Positions 24,873-38,580 of a stretch of DNA of 64,000 bases are shown one piece after another. Under the pieces are notes generated by a model. The model saw only the letters and a list, made by a program, of their open reading frames with translations, made no database searches and was not told the DNA's origin. Within the stretch, counting starts at the first letter, position 1. Each line of letters begins with the position of its first letter. Origin of the DNA: Chiloscyllium plagiosum. Lineage: Eukaryota. The position numbers and the translations under genes are program-made. The stretch is from positions 42,847,552 to 42,911,551 of the forward strand of contig NC_057728.1 of assembly GCF_004010195.1 (NCBI RefSeq). Direction: 5' to 3'.

Positions 24873-24949
24873 ATAATAACAATCGAGTGAAGCTCATGCT
24901 TGAAGCTGGTGTCCCAGGATCTGATTTCATCAATGCTAGCTATGTTGCA
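24873..24949 (+). CDS. PTPRQ: PTPRQ exon (77 nt)
   Basis: atgtag|ATAATAAC...GTTGCA|gtgagt; NNNRVKLMLEAGVPGSDFINASYVA. Confidence 0.95.
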
Positions 24950-26354
24950 GTGAGTAGATCAATATTTCTTTCTCCAGCAGCCACAGAGATCAAGACAAAT
25001 ATACTTAAAATTAACTTCACTAACCATCATAAGAATGTAGCATTGCCATTAATTACAATACCAATTATGTTAGATTATTTAAAAGCATTTAGAGTTCTAC
25101 TAAAATTCACCATGGGATGCACTTTCAATGGCAAGGCAACTTTTTATGGTTAACACTTGAGTAGCTGGTCATGACACCCTATTGAACTACAGTGGTGAAG
25201 GTATACCCACAGTGTCATTAAGTAGAGAGTTCCAGAATTCACAATGTAGTCACAATGAATAAACAACATTGCTGAAAATAATTTAAATTTTCTATTCCTT
25301 TCTAGTTGTTGTTGCCTTAGAAAAATACACATGAGCCTCCCTTCTCCGAACTACTAGCTAATCGCTTGTCCCTAAAATGATTCTCATTTTTTATCTGTAC
25401 ATAGATTGCTGAAATTCCTGATCTAAGTTATTTGTATTGTTTGATTAATAGATTATTCAATTATTTGTTTTATTCAATTATTTGTTCCTGCATGTTGTGA
25501 CCTCTTGCAAACATAATTTCTCCATTATCTTTACTGCCTTAAAATATGAAAATTGATTTTTTCATATATTATTCCCTCACCAAATACCATATGCTCCATA
25601 ACCGATAATTATCACTTATTAATTCCTTTTTCATATTCTCATTGAATATCTCTCAATGTGTGTTTGACCACAGTACAGTTGCCTATAGAATGATGGCATA
25701 TTAGTAAAGATTACTTTCTAATAGCAGGAAAGAGAGAGACTTGCAATGACAAAAAAAAAGAAAACTTTCCTTTTTTACAATTGATGGCAAAAGTACAAAC
25801 AGGTTCATTTTGCATGTGCTTTGACTTTGTTACAATTAAAGAGTGAAGAAAGAGCTTTTATTTTATATAACATCCTTCTTATGACACATGCAAAGACAAA
25901 GCTGGAGGTTGGACTGGGAGGAAAATCTGCAAGGTCAGTTTTGGATCAATGATTCCACCAAGTAGGGGTAGCTGGCTAATGAGTGGTAATTAACTTACCT
26001 TGAACCCAGATTGGTGATGTTACCCAGATCATACCTAGAGCAAATAGGTAACTGACAAAGCGTCATTAGAGATGGCCTCCCTGTTTCAGGCCACAGTCCC
26101 AGTATGGCCTTATTAATTTACTTGAATGAAGCTATGCATTAGTATGGACTAGTTGTGCTGAATGACTTGTTTTTAATTCAATATAATGTCGGGAAACAAT
26201 GCATCCAACTTCCTCTTAATAAGATCCTATAACAGCAATGAGATAAATTGAACTTTTTTTCATGCTGCTTATAATAACATTGGAAGGATTGTGAGAAATT
26301 CTGCAAATAGTGCTATGAAATATCCCCTATCCAGATGTGACCTCAGTTTTTTTT

Positions 26355-26465
26355 TTATTTAACATATTTTCTAATCAACCTGTTCAGAGATGTCATTACG
26401 CACCTCAGAGCAATTGGGATTTGAACCTGGTCTCCTAGCCCAGGGGTAGAAACTCTACCTCTCAT
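26355..26465 (-). mobile_element. Short (~120 bp) tRNA-derived SINE, third family
   Basis: Minus: ...ccaggttcaaatccc...atctctgaacaggttgattagaaaatat; homologous to 38492-38580 (+) and 50765-50892 (-). Confidence 0.6.
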
Positions 26466-26699
26466 CTGATGCTTCTGACAGTGCAACACCCCTTCAGTCC
26501 TTTTTGAATGTATATTCAAGCTAATAAAGTGGGAGCTTGATTCCATACATCTGATAGAATAGTAAACGTGCTAGATCTTAGGATAGCTGACAGAACTATT
26601 TTTTGAAATATAACATTGATAATAATTAGAACATTGTTATATATAGCCATTTTATTTTAATGTATTGTTCCTTAATCATTATATTTGCTATTTTAATAG

Positions 26700-26846
<147 letters not shown>

Positions 26847-28432
26847 TAAGACAATGACATGCTGTGGAATGGAACATGTGTGCACACTATTTTAGTGAAC
26901 AGATTAATGAAAATAGCTGGTCAGACATATCAGAATGACAAATTTTAAAAAGTTATTTCATGAAAATGCAAATCAATATTTGTCATAAATTATAATTTCA
27001 TGAAGTAAAGCATCAGGATTATTGGTTGATTAATTCCGCAAAATATTAATTGAACTGAACTTATATGGGTATATTCCTAGAAGCTATGCCAGTATTACAT
27101 TAACCTGCGCTCCACCATAACATGCAAAGCTAGTGAGAGAGTATCTTGTTTACGTGAAGCTTCCAGACATTTGTTCCAATGAGTGTGTGTCAGCCCCAGG
27201 CTGCTGGAAACTCTGGCACTATTGCCATTCAGATGGATATACTGATTAGCCCCTAGCTCCAAGAAGCAATCTGTAAAGCCTCTTTGGAGGTTAGCCTATT
27301 ATAAATCTTTTACAGAGTGTGACAGAATAGGTGTGGATTAAATGTTACCTCTGGCTGATGAGTCTAGAGCCAGCTCACAACTCTTAGAATAAGGATTAGG
27401 ACATATAAGACGATGAGGAGGAACTTATTCATTCAGAAGATGGTGAATATTAGGAATTCTCTATGCCAGAAGGTGCAAAGACTAAGTCATTTGGCACTTT
27501 CCAGACAGAAATCAATTGTTATGAAGAATAATCATATTAGAGTCAAAATGTTAACTGTTTCTCTTTCCACAGATGTGGCAGACCAGTTGGGTCTTTGTTT
27601 TCATTTCATATTTACAGTATCCATAATACTTGTTTTTATATAGAAATAGTTTTCTGGATATTGCTGACATCTAGATAACAAATAATGGATAAAAATAGTG
27701 TTTTGCTAAGTGACCATCTATGATCTCTACGATTGGTAGTGCAGGCTCAGTCCCACTCCTGCCCCAACATTGAGGTCCTGCATTTACGTGCCCTACTTAC
27801 GCAAACTCACTTATCCAATCAACACTCACTGTGTAATGTTCTATCCACTGACACTAATGTTTGCTCATTCATTGTTTTTTGGAAATAATCGTGCGAACTG
27901 CATTGTATAATGTAAATGTGCATTTTATGTCTTCACACAAGTCATTGACCGTGACATCCTCTGGAAATGCAACTCCCCATAAATGTTGGGACTTTACTGT
28001 ATTTCCTTTGTTCCCATGTCAATTTTGATAAGTTTTACAATGTGTCTTCAAACTGTCAGACTGTTTTTGAGCTTGTCCTCCTCATGACTATCTACTTATA
28101 TACTTTCTGAAGAACAATATGCTTTGTCTCACCAGCACCTAGGTTTCTAGGAGAGTAAGGAAGTGGTACTCCCTTGCTTGGGAAATCCTAGCTCCATCTG
28201 CATTATTGGCTTTTTAAGAGGTAGAGGTCCTGCCTCTCAGAATGTTAACCAGCAGGTCCCAGTTTAGGTTAGGACACAAAGTTATGATGAGAGTTAATAT
28301 TGAGTAATTTCAGTCTCAAGGCATTTCACAAACTGTGCAGGTAATTTTCATCTTATGGTATGCAATACTTGAAGTTATTAACAGGACATATTAAAATCTC
28401 ACAACATTGTTGCATTATTTATTTCAATTTAG

Positions 28433-28558
28433 ATTAAATGTCACCAGTATTGGCCTGAGGACAACAAGCCAGTAACTGTGTTTGGGGATATTGTGATCAC
28501 TAAACTAGCAGAGGATGTTCAGGCAGATTGGACTATCCGAGAACTGAAAATTGAAAAG
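28433..28558 (+). CDS. PTPRQ: PTPRQ exon (126 nt)
   Basis: atttag|ATTAAA...GAAAAG|gtacat; [42 protein letters not shown]. Confidence 0.96.
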
Positions 28559-28994
28559 GTACATAACTGCTATTCTAGTGAACTCACTGAAATTGATATG
28601 ATAATATGTTGGAGGAATTTTTGATAGTGAAAATTATGTTGTAAAATACATCTTGTCTAATTTGAAAATGGCAACTCAATACTATTCTGTTTAGCTATGT
28701 TGTACATGAATAGAAGCTTTCAAAATTTTCATGATGGAACTTAGGCTTTATCATACCTTGTCACTGTAAATGTCTTTGTACATCATGAATATGATACCTT
28801 CATCAAACTGCAGAGATTAAGGCGTATCTCAAATGATTGAACTAATTTTGTTAAATACTTTTATACTTTTCCATTATAATTTTATCATTGATTGAAGAAA
28901 CGTTACATTTTGGTGGTTTGACCTCAATAATTGTTCATTGTAACTGGTAAAGACAGGTGTCACATCAATCTGTGAACCTCATAGTAAAGTCAAA

Positions 28995-29110
28995 AGTCAT
29001 ATGACACCAGGTTACAGTCCAAAAGGTTTAGACAAAATCACAAGCTTTCGGAGCGATGCTCCTTTGTCAGATGTAGTGAGAGGGGGCCCACTGACACAGA
29101 ATTTATCAGC
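28995..29110 (-). mobile_element. Penelope-like pLTR fragment, same family as the 24-kb fold-back
   Basis: acaccaggttacagtcc...caagctttcggagcgatgctcctttgtcag; hammerhead core mutated (CUGACAA). Confidence 0.65.
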
Positions 29111-29249
29111 AGAGAGTGTCTGCCCCAAATCAATACTGACACTTCCACCTCATAGTAAAAAGCTCCACGTTTGGGGAGCAACAGTGTCAGCAATATTGAA
29201 TTATTGGAAACATTAAAACAATATATAACTTGAGATTTGATTGATATTT

Positions 29250-30279
29250 TATATATTTTTTTGACTAGGGAAGGGGCATTCTGATTTTGTTTCATTCTTA
29301 GAGTTGTTCCTGTAAATAAGGTGACAGGAAATCTGGAGACCTGTTTGTGTACATGTATTTCTAATGAGGTTTTACGGTCCTTGAAGTGAAGAGATGGAGA
29401 TCAGTTTAAGGTATTAAAAACAGAGATAGCAACAGGGGTCCAGGGACACACACAGATTTAGAAAATTCCAGAAGGGATTTCTATCAAAGGTCATTCAGTA
29501 TATCTATATGTGCCAGAGAATGGAGGCAAAAGTGCTAATCTCTGGAAAGAAATGCTGCAAGACCACTGGAAACTGTGTTTTGAGAACCTGTGTTTGCTCT
29601 GACGTTTGTGCAACCTTGAGTTTAGTTTACAGATTATTTAAGGTGTCAGGAAAAGATACCAGCTGAAGAAAAAGCATATGTTGAATGATAAGAAATTTGC
29701 TGGAAGGAAAGAGGTTGTAGCTGTGCCAACTTAAGCAAGAAGCCTTGGTGCAGAATTAGTGGTAAATTGTTACTAGGTATTTTGTGTTTCTAATGATATT
29801 GTTGGAATGAAAGGAATGTCTTTTTTTTGTTAAAGGTACACTTGTGATGTTCAGGAATTAGATTAGATTCCCTATAGTGTGGAAACAGGCCCTTCGGCTC
29901 AACCAGTCCATACCAACCCTCTGAAGAGTAACCCACCCAGCCCCATTTCCCTCTGACTAATGCACCTTACACTACGGGCAATTTAGTATGGCTAATTCAC
30001 CCGACCTGCACATCTTTGGACTGTGGGAGGAAACTGGAACACCCAGAGGAAACCCACGCAGACACGGGGAAAATGTACAAACTCCACACAGACAGTCACC
30101 CGAGGCTGGAATCGAACCTGGGACTCTGGTGCTGTGAGGCAGCAGTGCTAACCACAGTTTAAAATGAACAGTCTATAGTTTAGAATGAACAAAAGTAAAA
30201 AAAAAAATCTGGTCTATCAAGCCAGGTTTCACAGTGGGATTTGACTTGAACAGTATTACCATCACTTGGGATCCTAACA
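29250..30279 (+). mobile_element. LTR-like repeat, same family (contains HE1 SINE)
   Basis: Shared 3' terminus ...ttgggatcctaACA. Confidence 0.45.
29857..30155 (-). mobile_element. HE1-type V-SINE (inside an LTR-like element)
   Basis: Same consensus, (AATCT)n tail. Confidence 0.85.
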
Positions 30280-30657
30280 AATATGATAACCGTGCATAGT
30301 CCTATCCTCAATCAATGTTTATTCAAATATATTTCCAGCTTAGGTAGTTGAACTGTGATTCTAATTGCAAATCCTAGCCAATTTTCCTGAACCCATACTA
30401 GCAATGCTTCAGGTCAGTTATGGTACTAAAGCTAAGATCAGCCTTGAGGTATATACAAATTCACTTAAATTGTCTGAAATTAAAAGCTTGAACTTTACAT
30501 GTGTCAAGATAAAGAAATTAGTATCACTTCAGGGAAACTGAACCAACTTAATTTAAAATCCCTTTAGGCATTCTTAACTTGATATAATATGCTGTACTGC
30601 AATATAATTTAAGGTCTTAATTTTCTATCTGCTTTCGATTAATTTCAATTTGAGCAG

Positions 30658-30806
30658 TATGGTGATTATATGATGGTGACTCATTTCAACTTTACTTCAT
30701 GGCCTGAACATGGTGTTCCTGAGACTTGTGCACCTTTGATTCACTATGTGAAGCTAGTTCGAGCAAACAGAGCCAATGATAACACTCCTATTGTTGTGCA
30801 TTGCAG
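30658..30806 (+). CDS. PTPRQ: PTPRQ exon (149 nt), WPE loop and start of catalytic motif
   Basis: gagcag|TATGGT...TGCAG|gtagga; [49 protein letters not shown](S). Confidence 0.96.
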
Positions 30807-31456
30807 GTAGGAACTTGCTGAACAAAACTATTGATCTATAGTACCTCATGGTGTTGGAGGAATTATTATTCCCAAGAAAGTTTTCCCTGCTCCACTGGAG
30901 TTAAAGTATATTGTTATTGTAAAATGTGATGCATTGTGTGCATTTAGCTGTGAAATATGGAACATTACTTAAAAAAATAATTTTAGTCATGTAAATGATT
31001 AACAAATTTCGAAGACAATACTAACAAATGTTGGGACAGTGATGCAGTGATAGCCTTCACTGCTGAATTTCCCCTCACCCTTTCCAATTTTCCACAAAGA
31101 AACATCTGACCATAGTTTAGTTTACAGTTGAAGGAAAGTTTTGAAGTAAATAGTTGATTTTCTGTTCTTGATTTTAAAAATCATAATTGACTACAAAATC
31201 AAGTTGTACAAATTAATGTATTTTACTGTAAGTGAAGCAAGTTGGAAGCAAATGTAGATAATGGCTAAAAGTAGTAAGTACAAACTATAGTCATATTTAG
31301 AATATCATAAAAGAGCCAAAACAGAATGTAAAGAATTAAATATTCATTGTAATTTCCATTTACGATTATAATGCTAAATCTGGAATATTAATCTGTTGTT
31401 GAATGAACAAGTGGTACAGTAAGTCCTGGAACTAATGGGGAGCATATTGTATATAG

Positions 31457-31654
<198 letters not shown>

Positions 31655-32187
31655 TAAACAGATTCTGTGCTAAAATAACCAGATCATCTTTGGTTCCCTT
31701 TCCACCTTAAATTGAATGCCAAATTTTAAACATCTCAGCATAATTTCATTTGGACCTTTTTGACATTGCCTGTGACCTCTTAATATGTTGGAGGTAGTAT
31801 CTAGCCTATGTCCTTTCAAACAGCAAACTAAATTCTCTGACTATTGGTCTGAACTGAACAACCCAAACCATAGATGGTGGAATTGGAGACAATAAAAATA
31901 GTCAACAAACAGTTACTCAGAGCACAACTAAGTTTATAAAGGTGGATTTAAATTAAAGGCGTTGATATTTAGCCTCCAAAAATGGAAAGGATGATATAAT
32001 ATAATTCTGACTGCAAGACAATCACCAAATATGCTGACATAAAAATATGCTGTGGTGTAACAAGACATGCTATATGTCAATCAGTGTTTGAGTGCTTTAA
32101 ATCCTTCCAATAACATAATGCACAGAACTCAGTGTAGTATCTCAACCGTGACTTAACTATTGTCTTATCAAAGCATTAGTCGCTCAG

Positions 32188-34315
32188 TTTTTTATTCGTT
32201 TTTGAGATGTGGGCTGACTAACTGGCCAATGTTTATTGCCCTTCCCTAATTGCCCTTGAGAAGGTGGTGGTGAGCTGCATTCTTGAACCACTGTAGTCCA
32301 TGTGCTGCAGAATAACCCACAATGCCCTTGGCGAGGGGTTTCAGGATCTTCCCCCAGCAACATTATGGACGCAGTGGACAATCGGAAACCAGGGGATGTG
32401 CTGTATCTGGATTTCTATAAGTCATTCAAAAAGGTGCTACACAAAAGGTTGCTGCATAAGATAAAGGTGCACAGTATTATGGGTGATGTATTAGCATGGA
32501 TAGAAGACTGTTTAAATAACAGGAAGCAAAAATAGGGATATATGAGTGTCATTCAGATTGGCAATTAGTGGCTAGTGGTGTGCCTCAGGGATCAGTTTTG
32601 GTGCTGCAATTGTTTACAATTTACATAGATGATTTAGAGTTGGGGAGCAAGTGTCGTGTGTCAAAATTCGCAGATGACACTTAGGTAAGTGCTAGAGCAA
32701 AGTGTGCAGAGGACTCTGAAAGTCTGCAGAGGGATATAGATTGGACAAGTGAGTGGGCAAGGGTCTGGCATAGATATCCAGGAGCTGAGAGGATTGACCT
32801 CCAACAACCAAACCATCTTCCCATGTTCCAGGTATGACTCTAACCAGCAGAGAGTTTCCCCCAAAACCCATTGATCCCAGTTTTGTGAGGGGTCCTTGAT
32901 GCCACACTCAGTCAAATGTGGCCTTGATGTCAGGGGTAGTCACTCTCACCCCACCTTTGTAATTTAACTCTTTTGTCCATGTTTGAACTAAGTTTATATT
33001 GGGGTCAGAAGCTGAGTGGACCCAGTGGAACCCAAACCAGTTGTCACTGAGCAGGTTCCATCACTTTACTGATGATTGAGAGTAGAGTAATGGGGTGATA
33101 ATTGGTCAGGTTGAATCTGTCCTGCTTTCTGCATACAGGCAATGCCTGGGCAAATTTCCACATTGTCTGGTAAATGCCAGGGGAGCATCAGGTTCTGGAA
33201 CATACATCTTCAATACTGCTGCTGGAATGTTGGCAGGGCCCATACTCTCTGCTGTAGCCAGTGCTTCCCACCATTTCCTTATATCACATGGAGTAAATCA
33301 AAGACTGGTATCTGTGATGCTGGGGACCACTGTTGGAGGCCAAGATGATTTTTCAATTTGGCAATTCTGGCTGAAGATTGTTGCAAATGCTACAGCCTTA
33401 TATTTTGTACTGGTGTATTGGACACTTCCTTCAATGAGGAATGGGATATTTTTGGAGTATCCTCTTCTGTTGAATTGTTTAATTGTCCACCACCATTCAT
33501 GAATGGATGTGACAGGACTGAGGAGTTTAGACCTGATCTGTGGGTTATGGAATCACTTAGTTCTGTCTATGACTTGCCACTTGTGCTGTTTGGCATGCAA
33601 GTAGCCCTGTTTGATAGCTTCACTGGGTTGACACCTCATTTTTAGGTTTGCCTGGTGCTGCTTCCTGACATGCCCTCCTGCCCTCTCTATTGAATGGGGG
33701 TTATGCCAGGCAATGAGGTTGCAGATTGTGCTGGAGTACAATTGTACGGCTGATGATGGCCCACAGTGCCTCATGGATTCCCAGTCTTGTGTTGCTATAT
33801 TGGTTCAAAGTCTGTCCCATTTTATACGGTGTTTGTGCCACACAACACAATGGAGGTTATTCTCAACATGAAGGCAATACTTCATCTCTGCAAAGACTGT
33901 GTGATGCTCACTTTTACTGATACTATGATGCATTCACAGCAGGCAGATTGGTAAGGTTGAAACCCTCACCACCTACTGCAGACTCAATCTAGCAGCTATA
34001 TCATTTATGATCCAACCAGCTCAATCAGTAATGCTGCTACTAAGCCATTCTTGGTGGTGGACATTGAAATCCCTCATCCACAGTTTATTCTATGCCCTTG
34101 CCACCCTTAGTGTTTCCTACAAGTATTGTTCAATATGGAGGAGTACAGATTCATCAGCCAATGGAGGATGATATGTGGTAATCAGTAGGAGGTTTCTTTG
34201 TCCATGTCTCATCTGAAACCATAAGAGTTCATGGGGTCCAAACTCATGTTGAGGACAACCAAGGCAACTTCTTGCTGACTGTATACGACTGTGCTGTAAC
34301 CTCTGCTGAGTCTGT
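32188..34315 (-). mobile_element. Decayed LINE of a second CR1/L2-group family (interrupted by 32360-32775)
   Basis: 3' tail at 32188-32340 shared with the 19.2-kb SINE; RT motif ALDIKATFD*VWHQG near 32900 and endonuclease-like GDFNVHHQEWL near 34050 on minus strand. Confidence 0.75.
32360..32775 (+). mobile_element. CR1 RT-domain fragment
   Basis: DVLYLDFYKSFKKVLHKRLLHKIK, SGVPQGSVL, KFADDT motifs. Confidence 0.85.
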
Positions 34316-35450
34316 TTTTAAAATCCTACCAAGAAAAGATACTGAATGTAACTTGCCTTCTTTAATAGTTTTTCCTAACCATACTTCCAGTCTTGCTTGA
34401 AAAAGCCAGTTTCTGTCATGGGTATGAGTGAAAAATGCATGTGACTTATCGTGATTGATATAGAAAGCAGGGTTCTGGATTACCTGAGGTTTACAGAGGT
34501 AGGATATGGGAGGTCAGTAGAAATGCGTTGGAATAGTTCATTCTATGTAACCAATGTTGGTTTCAGTGGCTGTTATGTAATTATGTGATTTTAATATTAT
34601 TTATTGTTAATTTTGATTTTTGGCTTTTGAGTTAGTAACGTGAACTTTCTGTATGTCTGAAGTTAATAATTAAGTTGTATTTATGTAGGCATGGTGATTC
34701 AAAACAGTTAAAGGTCTAACTTAAAAATGAATAGATTTTGTGCATCATTAATGGATTTTTTGTTGAACTGAGATTGTTTTGTGACCCAGAAAGGTAAATA
34801 ATAGTGCCTCAGCATTTGTTAAACTTCTGAACATGTTTTTATTAAGCTTAAGGAAAATTCCCGTCACTTAGAGAAAGAGATCTTTTCATTTTATTTTGAG
34901 TTTTGAACAGTCTTGTGAAGTGCTTCAGAAAAGATGCTTATGATCAAAGAAATCCATTTAAAATATATCCAATATTACTAATTAGAATTTGTGAATGTGG
35001 AGGAACTTTATCACATGTTGTTCAGTTTTATCCAACAATTTAAGAGAGATTGTGAAACTTACAATTTTTCCAAGCATAGGTTTAAAGAGACAAAATGGCC
35101 AGTTGTGGCTTATAATACGCTGTATCTTTTATAATTCTTCAGTATGATTCAGATTTCTTTGGAAAAGTAAAAGCAAAGTCAAGTGATTTCTTCTAACCCT
35201 CTCATCAACTGTCTCTCAGGCACATAGCTATCTTTTGCTGTTTAATCTTGATGATTTTGTAATGCCACTCCAGTTAGGTTATGATATATTTTTGGACATT
35301 GTTCCATTTTGGAAGAATTATAACTCCAGGAAACTGTACAAATGATTTTTTAAAATTGAAATTAATATATTTCTAATTATATGCTTAAAGTTTACAGTAA
35401 ACCAGATTGCTCCATTGCAATGTTTTTGATGCAGATATTATTTTGGAAAA

Positions 35451-35582
35451 GAGCTGAAAATGTGTTGCTGGAAAAGTGCAGCAGTTCAGGCAGCATCCAA
35501 GGAGCAGGAGACCTGCTGCGCTTTTCCAGCAGCACATTTTCAGCTCTGATCTCCAGCATCTGCAGTCCTCACTTTCTCCTTG
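35451..35582. mobile_element. Miniature Penelope-like fold-back
   Basis: ~35-bp inverted arms (35451-35485 / 35511-35546), ~36-nt tail, 14-bp TSD ATTATTTTGGAAAA at 35437-35450 and 35583-35596. Confidence 0.8.
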
Positions 35583-35703
35583 ATTATTTTGGAAAACACA
35601 ATTTAAGTTATATTTTAATAATGAATTTATACATTTACCAATTTCAAATTATTTATTTAGTTTCTTAATATTTAAAAATATTTCAATGTTTAATTGAATG
35701 CAG

Positions 35704-35827
35704 GCTCAGTACATGTTCTTACATCAATGTGCTTTGGAGCTATTGAATAACAAAGGAACCAGTCGAGCGCTGTGGTTTGTAAATTATGCTGCTTTGCAAA
35801 AAATGGACTCAGTGGATACAATGGAAG
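35704..35827 (+). CDS. PTPRQ: PTPRQ penultimate exon (124 nt)
   Basis: atgcag|GCTCAG...GAAG|gtaata; [41 protein letters not shown](G). Confidence 0.95.
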
Positions 35828-37349
35828 GTAATAAGACGAGTTTAAAAAATATGTTTAATTATAAAATGGCCCTCTTTATAATATTTATAGAGCTAAAGTG
35901 CCCAGTTACTACTCGGAGCCAAAAATAAATTGAAGCATATCCTGAAAATTTTAGTGATCGATGTTATTATATGAGCACTTGGTATGTTCATATCAAACTG
36001 CCCTATCCACTTTCTAACTCAGGTATTGAATGTTTACTGCACAGACTCATGCATCCATTCAAAAGGCAGAAAGAAGAACTTGATATCATTATATAAAACA
36101 TTCACATAGTATTATAGGTTTTGAAATGTCACATTGCAAGCATTCTTATGCTATCACTCAGAATAATTTCCAGTATATATTTACCAATGTGCCTCTTCCT
36201 GCTCTCATCCCATAACACTTAATACCACAAATGCAAATATGTTGGGTAGCTTCTGTATTGTCACTATTTAAAAATATTTTATGTATGAATAAAGCTCTAA
36301 CTGTACTATATTCTTTGTATGACTCTCAAAGATCACATAGAACAGGGCTTACTGGAGCTTAATGGTAGGAAGTGTTCCTGCGAGTAAGCAGGAACTCTGT
36401 GGAAGACTGTTAGGTTTCCAGTCATAGAGGCAGAGTTCAAGTCACAGTCTTCATTGTCAATCAAATGGGCAAAAAAGTCTTGCAAAACTAGTCACACCTA
36501 CTCTTGACCAGTTATAATGAAGCCGTCTAACACAACAAAGAGGTCTAAAATTTATAGTACTCCAAATTCCCTGCAGAAGTAAAGGAGTGTAGTATTTACT
36601 AAAACATTGAGAAAATAATGAAAATATAAATAGATATCTTTTTATGAAGAGAGCTCAGATTTCAATTTGGCATTGGTGCTTTAGCCTTCTGAAAATATTG
36701 TGCTCATCTTGTATTTCTGGACACTTTCCTAGACGGATAAAAATGATCATTGAAGATCCTACAACAACAGAGAATAAAGTATGTCTTCAACAATTGCCAA
36801 AAGTCATAAATGACTTAAAAATCATTTCTGGTTACTGAATTGGTTACAGGGTATATCAAAGCAGGAACATTTTACACACAGGAAACTGATGGGAGAGAAA
36901 TTTTGCTCTGCAGTTCTGCCCAAAACTAATTTTATTTACCTAGCTTCAGGCATGCAAAGGCTGCCCATGCCCAGATGCGTGGTGCCTAAACTGAACTTCA
37001 TTCTAAATTACTGAAGGGATAGGAATATCTTGACAAAACTGTATTTATTGCCCCTCTCCATGCCCTTAAGAAGGTGTTGATGAGCTGTTGGAGATAACAA
37101 TAAGTGCTGGCCTTGATAGGGATACACACATCACATGGTGACACTTAACAGCATTTAAATTAGGCTCTCACCTTTCTGGGGTGCGCTAGTGGCTACGTTG
37201 CACCTCTGTTAAACCATTAGAGAGGTTGGCCATTTTAACTTTGGGAATGACCACAGCCTGCACAGAAAGGTTGGTGGCAGCTGGAATCTACAGTTTGTTT
37301 CTTTCAAAATATGTAAATCTTTTCAGGAAATTATAAGGTTTCTTATGTA

Positions 37350-38055
37350 AATTATAAGGAGATCAGACGCGCTGCAATATTTTGGGCTTCTACGTCCACA
37401 GCTTTTCACTCACTATTGTGGCTTTTAAGAGATGTTCTGTCCTGTTTTTCTTGAATTGGGGGATTGACACCATGGTGCCAGAATGTCTCCTTCAGTGGGC
37501 AAACAGCTTTGAGCTTCCTTTTTTAAAAATTAGACAAAAGAAACATAAGTGGGTGGAGCCAGGCTCCTACAGACCCAGGGTTTTAGTTTTGCTTTCAGTT
37601 GGGGGCTTTTGGCTGTTGAAGCTGATAGATACAGCTCTCTCTCTCTCTCTTTCTGCTGAAGAAAAAAACCTTGAGTTCTCTCTCTACTGCGAAATATTTT
37701 CCTTCAGTGTTCCTGTTCCTGGACTGGAGATAGCATGTGAGATAAATCTGTTTTCCTGAATTTGCCTTTTCCCAGGGTGTGTTTATGATATGCTGCTATA
37801 TTGGAACAGTTGATGATTAGTAGTTAAGTAATATATTATCCTATTGAGTATTTCAATAGATTTAAAATTATGCCCATTTTTTTTGTTTGCATTTTAACTG
37901 TTTCTAAGAATGAAGTGTGTTTTGCTTAAAGCCTAGTAGTGGATCAATTGAATCACATTTGGAAACACAGAACCTTACACTTTAAATAAGATAAAAGTTA
38001 AGGTGTAGGCTATCTCCTTAATGCATTTTGAGGGGATTTAATCTGGTATATAACA
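37350..38055 (+). mobile_element. Solo-LTR-like repeat
   Basis: GGGTGGAGCC box, (CT)n, T-rich U5-like part, ends ...tataACA. Confidence 0.35.
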
Positions 38056-38402
38056 CAGCCTTAATTATAGAGTTGCTGATAAACATTCAAAGCTGTAACC
38101 CCTTACCAAAAGAGACTATTTTTATGGATTCCACCACACATGATGTCCTGATCCCCCATTAATGCTAACACCTCCTTTGGCAGTGTGGTCAGGATTCGTA
38201 CTTGGGCGGGGGGGTGGGGGGAGTGAGGATGGTGGGTGAAGGTGTAAGACGATTACCATGACTCCATAGATCTGGGTTAAAATTGGTTCCCTAGAGAATC
38301 TGTATGGAAAAAGTGCCATTAGCAATTAAATCATATGTGGCTTCTGTACAGGATTAAAATTGCTATGCTGTTAATACTGATTTTTCCATTAATTTATTAT
38401 AG

Positions 38403-38440
38403 GTGATGTGGAATTGGAGTGGGAGGAAACAACCATGTAA
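38403..38440 (+). CDS. PTPRQ: PTPRQ terminal coding exon (38 nt incl. TAA)
   Basis: ttatag|GTGATGTGGAATTGGAGTGGGAGGAAACAACCATGTAA; DVELEWEETTM*, ends in class I PDZ-ligand-like ETTM. Confidence 0.95.
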
Positions 38441-38491
38441 TTCTCAGACACTGCTGAAAGATATTAAGAAGGTTACATTTAATTCATTTCA

Positions 38492-38580
38492 GTGAGCTCT
38501 TGTAGCACAATAGTGATGCTGCTACCTCTAGACCAGGAGGCCTAGGTTCAAGTCTCACCTGCTTGATTAGAAAATATTTA
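38492..38580 (+). mobile_element. Short tRNA-derived SINE in the PTPRQ 3' UTR
   Basis: tagcacaatagt...ctaggttcaagtctcacctgcttgattagaaaatat, internally deleted relative to 26355-26465. Confidence 0.55.
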
